A stretch of DNA of 64,000 nucleotides from Anthoceros angustus (taxonomy: Eukaryota; Plantae; Anthocerotophyta), in assembly GCA_010909165.1 (NCBI GenBank), contig MU008158.1:575252-639251 (forward strand), in the 5' to 3' direction. Position 1 is the stretch's first letter, and each line of letters opens with the position of its first letter. The notes beneath the pieces were generated by a model. The model had not been told where the DNA came from. It ran no database searches and was given only the letters and a program-made list of their open reading frames with translations. Below are positions 62,175 through 64,000 of the stretch, piece by piece. A program made the translations under genes and the position numbers.

Positions 62175-64000
62175 CGCCGGTGGAGCCAAAAGCTGGGCGA
62201 CAGAGCTGGGCGGCAGCAGAAGTTGGGCGGGGACGCGCAAAGAGTCGCAATGAGGACGATATGCTTTGAATAACAACGGGTTAGGGTTCTGGAAGTTTCT
62301 TGCCGGATGACCTCGTGGCACTGTTTGATTGGTCGGCAGCTTCGTCTTACGCCCCGTCGTTCCGAGGTTCGGGGTTAGGTTTGGTGTGGTCAGGCTAGGT
62401 TTGGTAAGTGCAATTTAGGTTTGGTAGCTAGGGCGGCAGCGGCGAACCAATTGCAGATTTAGGTAGGTTTGGAATTTGGTTTGGAATTCTAGGTTCGGTA
62501 AATTCAAACAAGGTCTGGTAGAGAGAGAATGGCGGGAGAGAGTTAGAGTTAGTTATGCTATTTAAACCCTTTCTTGATGGTCTTGTCTTTCCTCGTAGCT
62601 CCAAGGGCCGAGGTCCTTCCTCTAGCTGCGTCTTTGTTTTGTAGTCCAAGGTTTCCGCATGTCCAAGTTCCGAGGTGCCTAGTTTGAAGTAGTTTGAATA
62701 ATTTGCTGTTTGTTGTGTTGTTACTTCGGAAGCCAAGGTTGTTCGCTCAAGGCCAGCCTGCCAAGGTATTTTAAAGGCCGATGTATCTGCTTGTTTTTGA
62801 GTGTTTGGTCTTTTGCGGCACTTTTCTCCGCTCTTTTTCATACTTTGCTCAGATGCGCTTCTTTCTTTGTCACGCTTTGTGTTAGTTTGTCTGTTGTGCT
62901 TTCATGGCGGTTGTTGAGTTGGTGTTCGTTTGTTTTGTGCATGCCTCTTTTTCCGCCTCCAGCCGTTGATGACCTTACGCGGTTGTTTATGTGTTCAGTC
63001 TATCATCGCCAATGAAGTGCAAAGCTCTCTGTGTGAAGTCGCTTTTCTGTCTTTTTTTGTGTTATGCATGTCCGTCTTTGTCTTTCTTATTACTTCCCTC
63101 GAAACCAATATAAAGGCAATCAAGGCTCCACCGGAGGCTAGTAGGTAGTTTTAGTTACCGGTTGGACATTGAAGTATGAGCGCTCGTGTTTCATTTACGC
63201 CACGCCCGCGACTTGCATTGTTTAGATGGATAATTGGTCTTTTATCTTTTACTGTTTGTTGGAGTTTGCCGTCGCCGTGTTCACGATGTTCATCTTCAGT
63301 CACCGCAAGTCTTCTTATTTTGTTGCTACCGCGTTTCTGGATACATTTGTTTCGTTTAACATTTGGCTTGATTGTCCTCGGAAGATGTTATGCATCTTCC
63401 TGTGAGTTTCCTTATCTTTCTTTCAGTTCCTCACGTCCGTATGTTTCGATGCAGGGGTTTGCCGGAAGCTTGAAAAAGATCCGGACTTAACTGAATGTAT
63501 ACTCTGGAAAGTAATAATCGTACGACTGCTTTTGTTTGGTTGTGTCTTCCGCTTAGGGCTTTCAAGCTCACCATTGATTTCCGTGTCATTCCATTGTATG
63601 TTTTTGCGCTCTTTTGTGGTTACTTTACCTTTGTGTTGGTTCTTTTCTCGCTCATAAGTTTGCTTATCTCCGCATTCATTGTCTTGTAGATTAGCAATAA
63701 TGTTTTGTCACTTTTGTAGCTTCCTTCGCTTAATTATTTCGATGTTTTGTCATGCAGAGTTTGGGCGGCTTGAAGAATATCCGATCGTAGAATCGGATAA
63801 TACCGCAGTAATTCGATTTCATTCTTTGTTTCAATGCTTGTTTGATCGTGTCATTTCGTGACTTCATTATATATAGTTTCTTTGTTTTGTGGCTTTGCTG
63901 CTTTGTTAGCTTTTGTTTGGTGCTTTTAGTTGCTTACAGTGTATGTCTTGGCGAAAGGTGAGAGTGTGGGGGCTTGAACAAGATCCTCAAGAAACCTGAA

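Overview
Eukaryotic, non-seed land-plant genomic DNA. A hornwort is the most likely source, inferred from the ~70-130 bp GT-AG introns, the gene density and a PLS-class PPR with an SWWTD PG-box. There are four zones. (1) 1-8.5 kb: exon 1 of a zf-HIT/BCD1 gene, then TE debris and repeats (24-bp inverted repeat, (TATG)n, 173-bp x5 tandem repeat, Ty3/Gypsy protease relic). (2) 8.5-37 kb: a compact gene cluster with two tandem GT92/GALS genes, APY6-like apyrase, gamma-CA-like, plastid RPS9, proteasome beta1, an ectodomain-less LRR-I-type kinase, COG1, PRP16 and a PPR-E protein. (3) 37.3-59.5 kb: about 10.2 head-to-tail copies of a ~2.18-kb unit. Each unit carries an intronless OTU-family deubiquitinase-like ORF (DGKC...WGGELE...GSHYN, minus strand) and a convergent ORF of unknown family, and the array ends at a GC-rich multi-hairpin with tandem G.A mismatches. 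(4) 59.7-64 kb: a same-strand mosaic of GST-zeta, YjbQ and LRR gene pieces, then T-skewed non-coding DNA. Many 1-2 bp indels in homopolymers suggest incompletely polished long-read sequence, so frameshifts need read-level confirmation. All protein assignments come from motif recognition by eye, with no database search.
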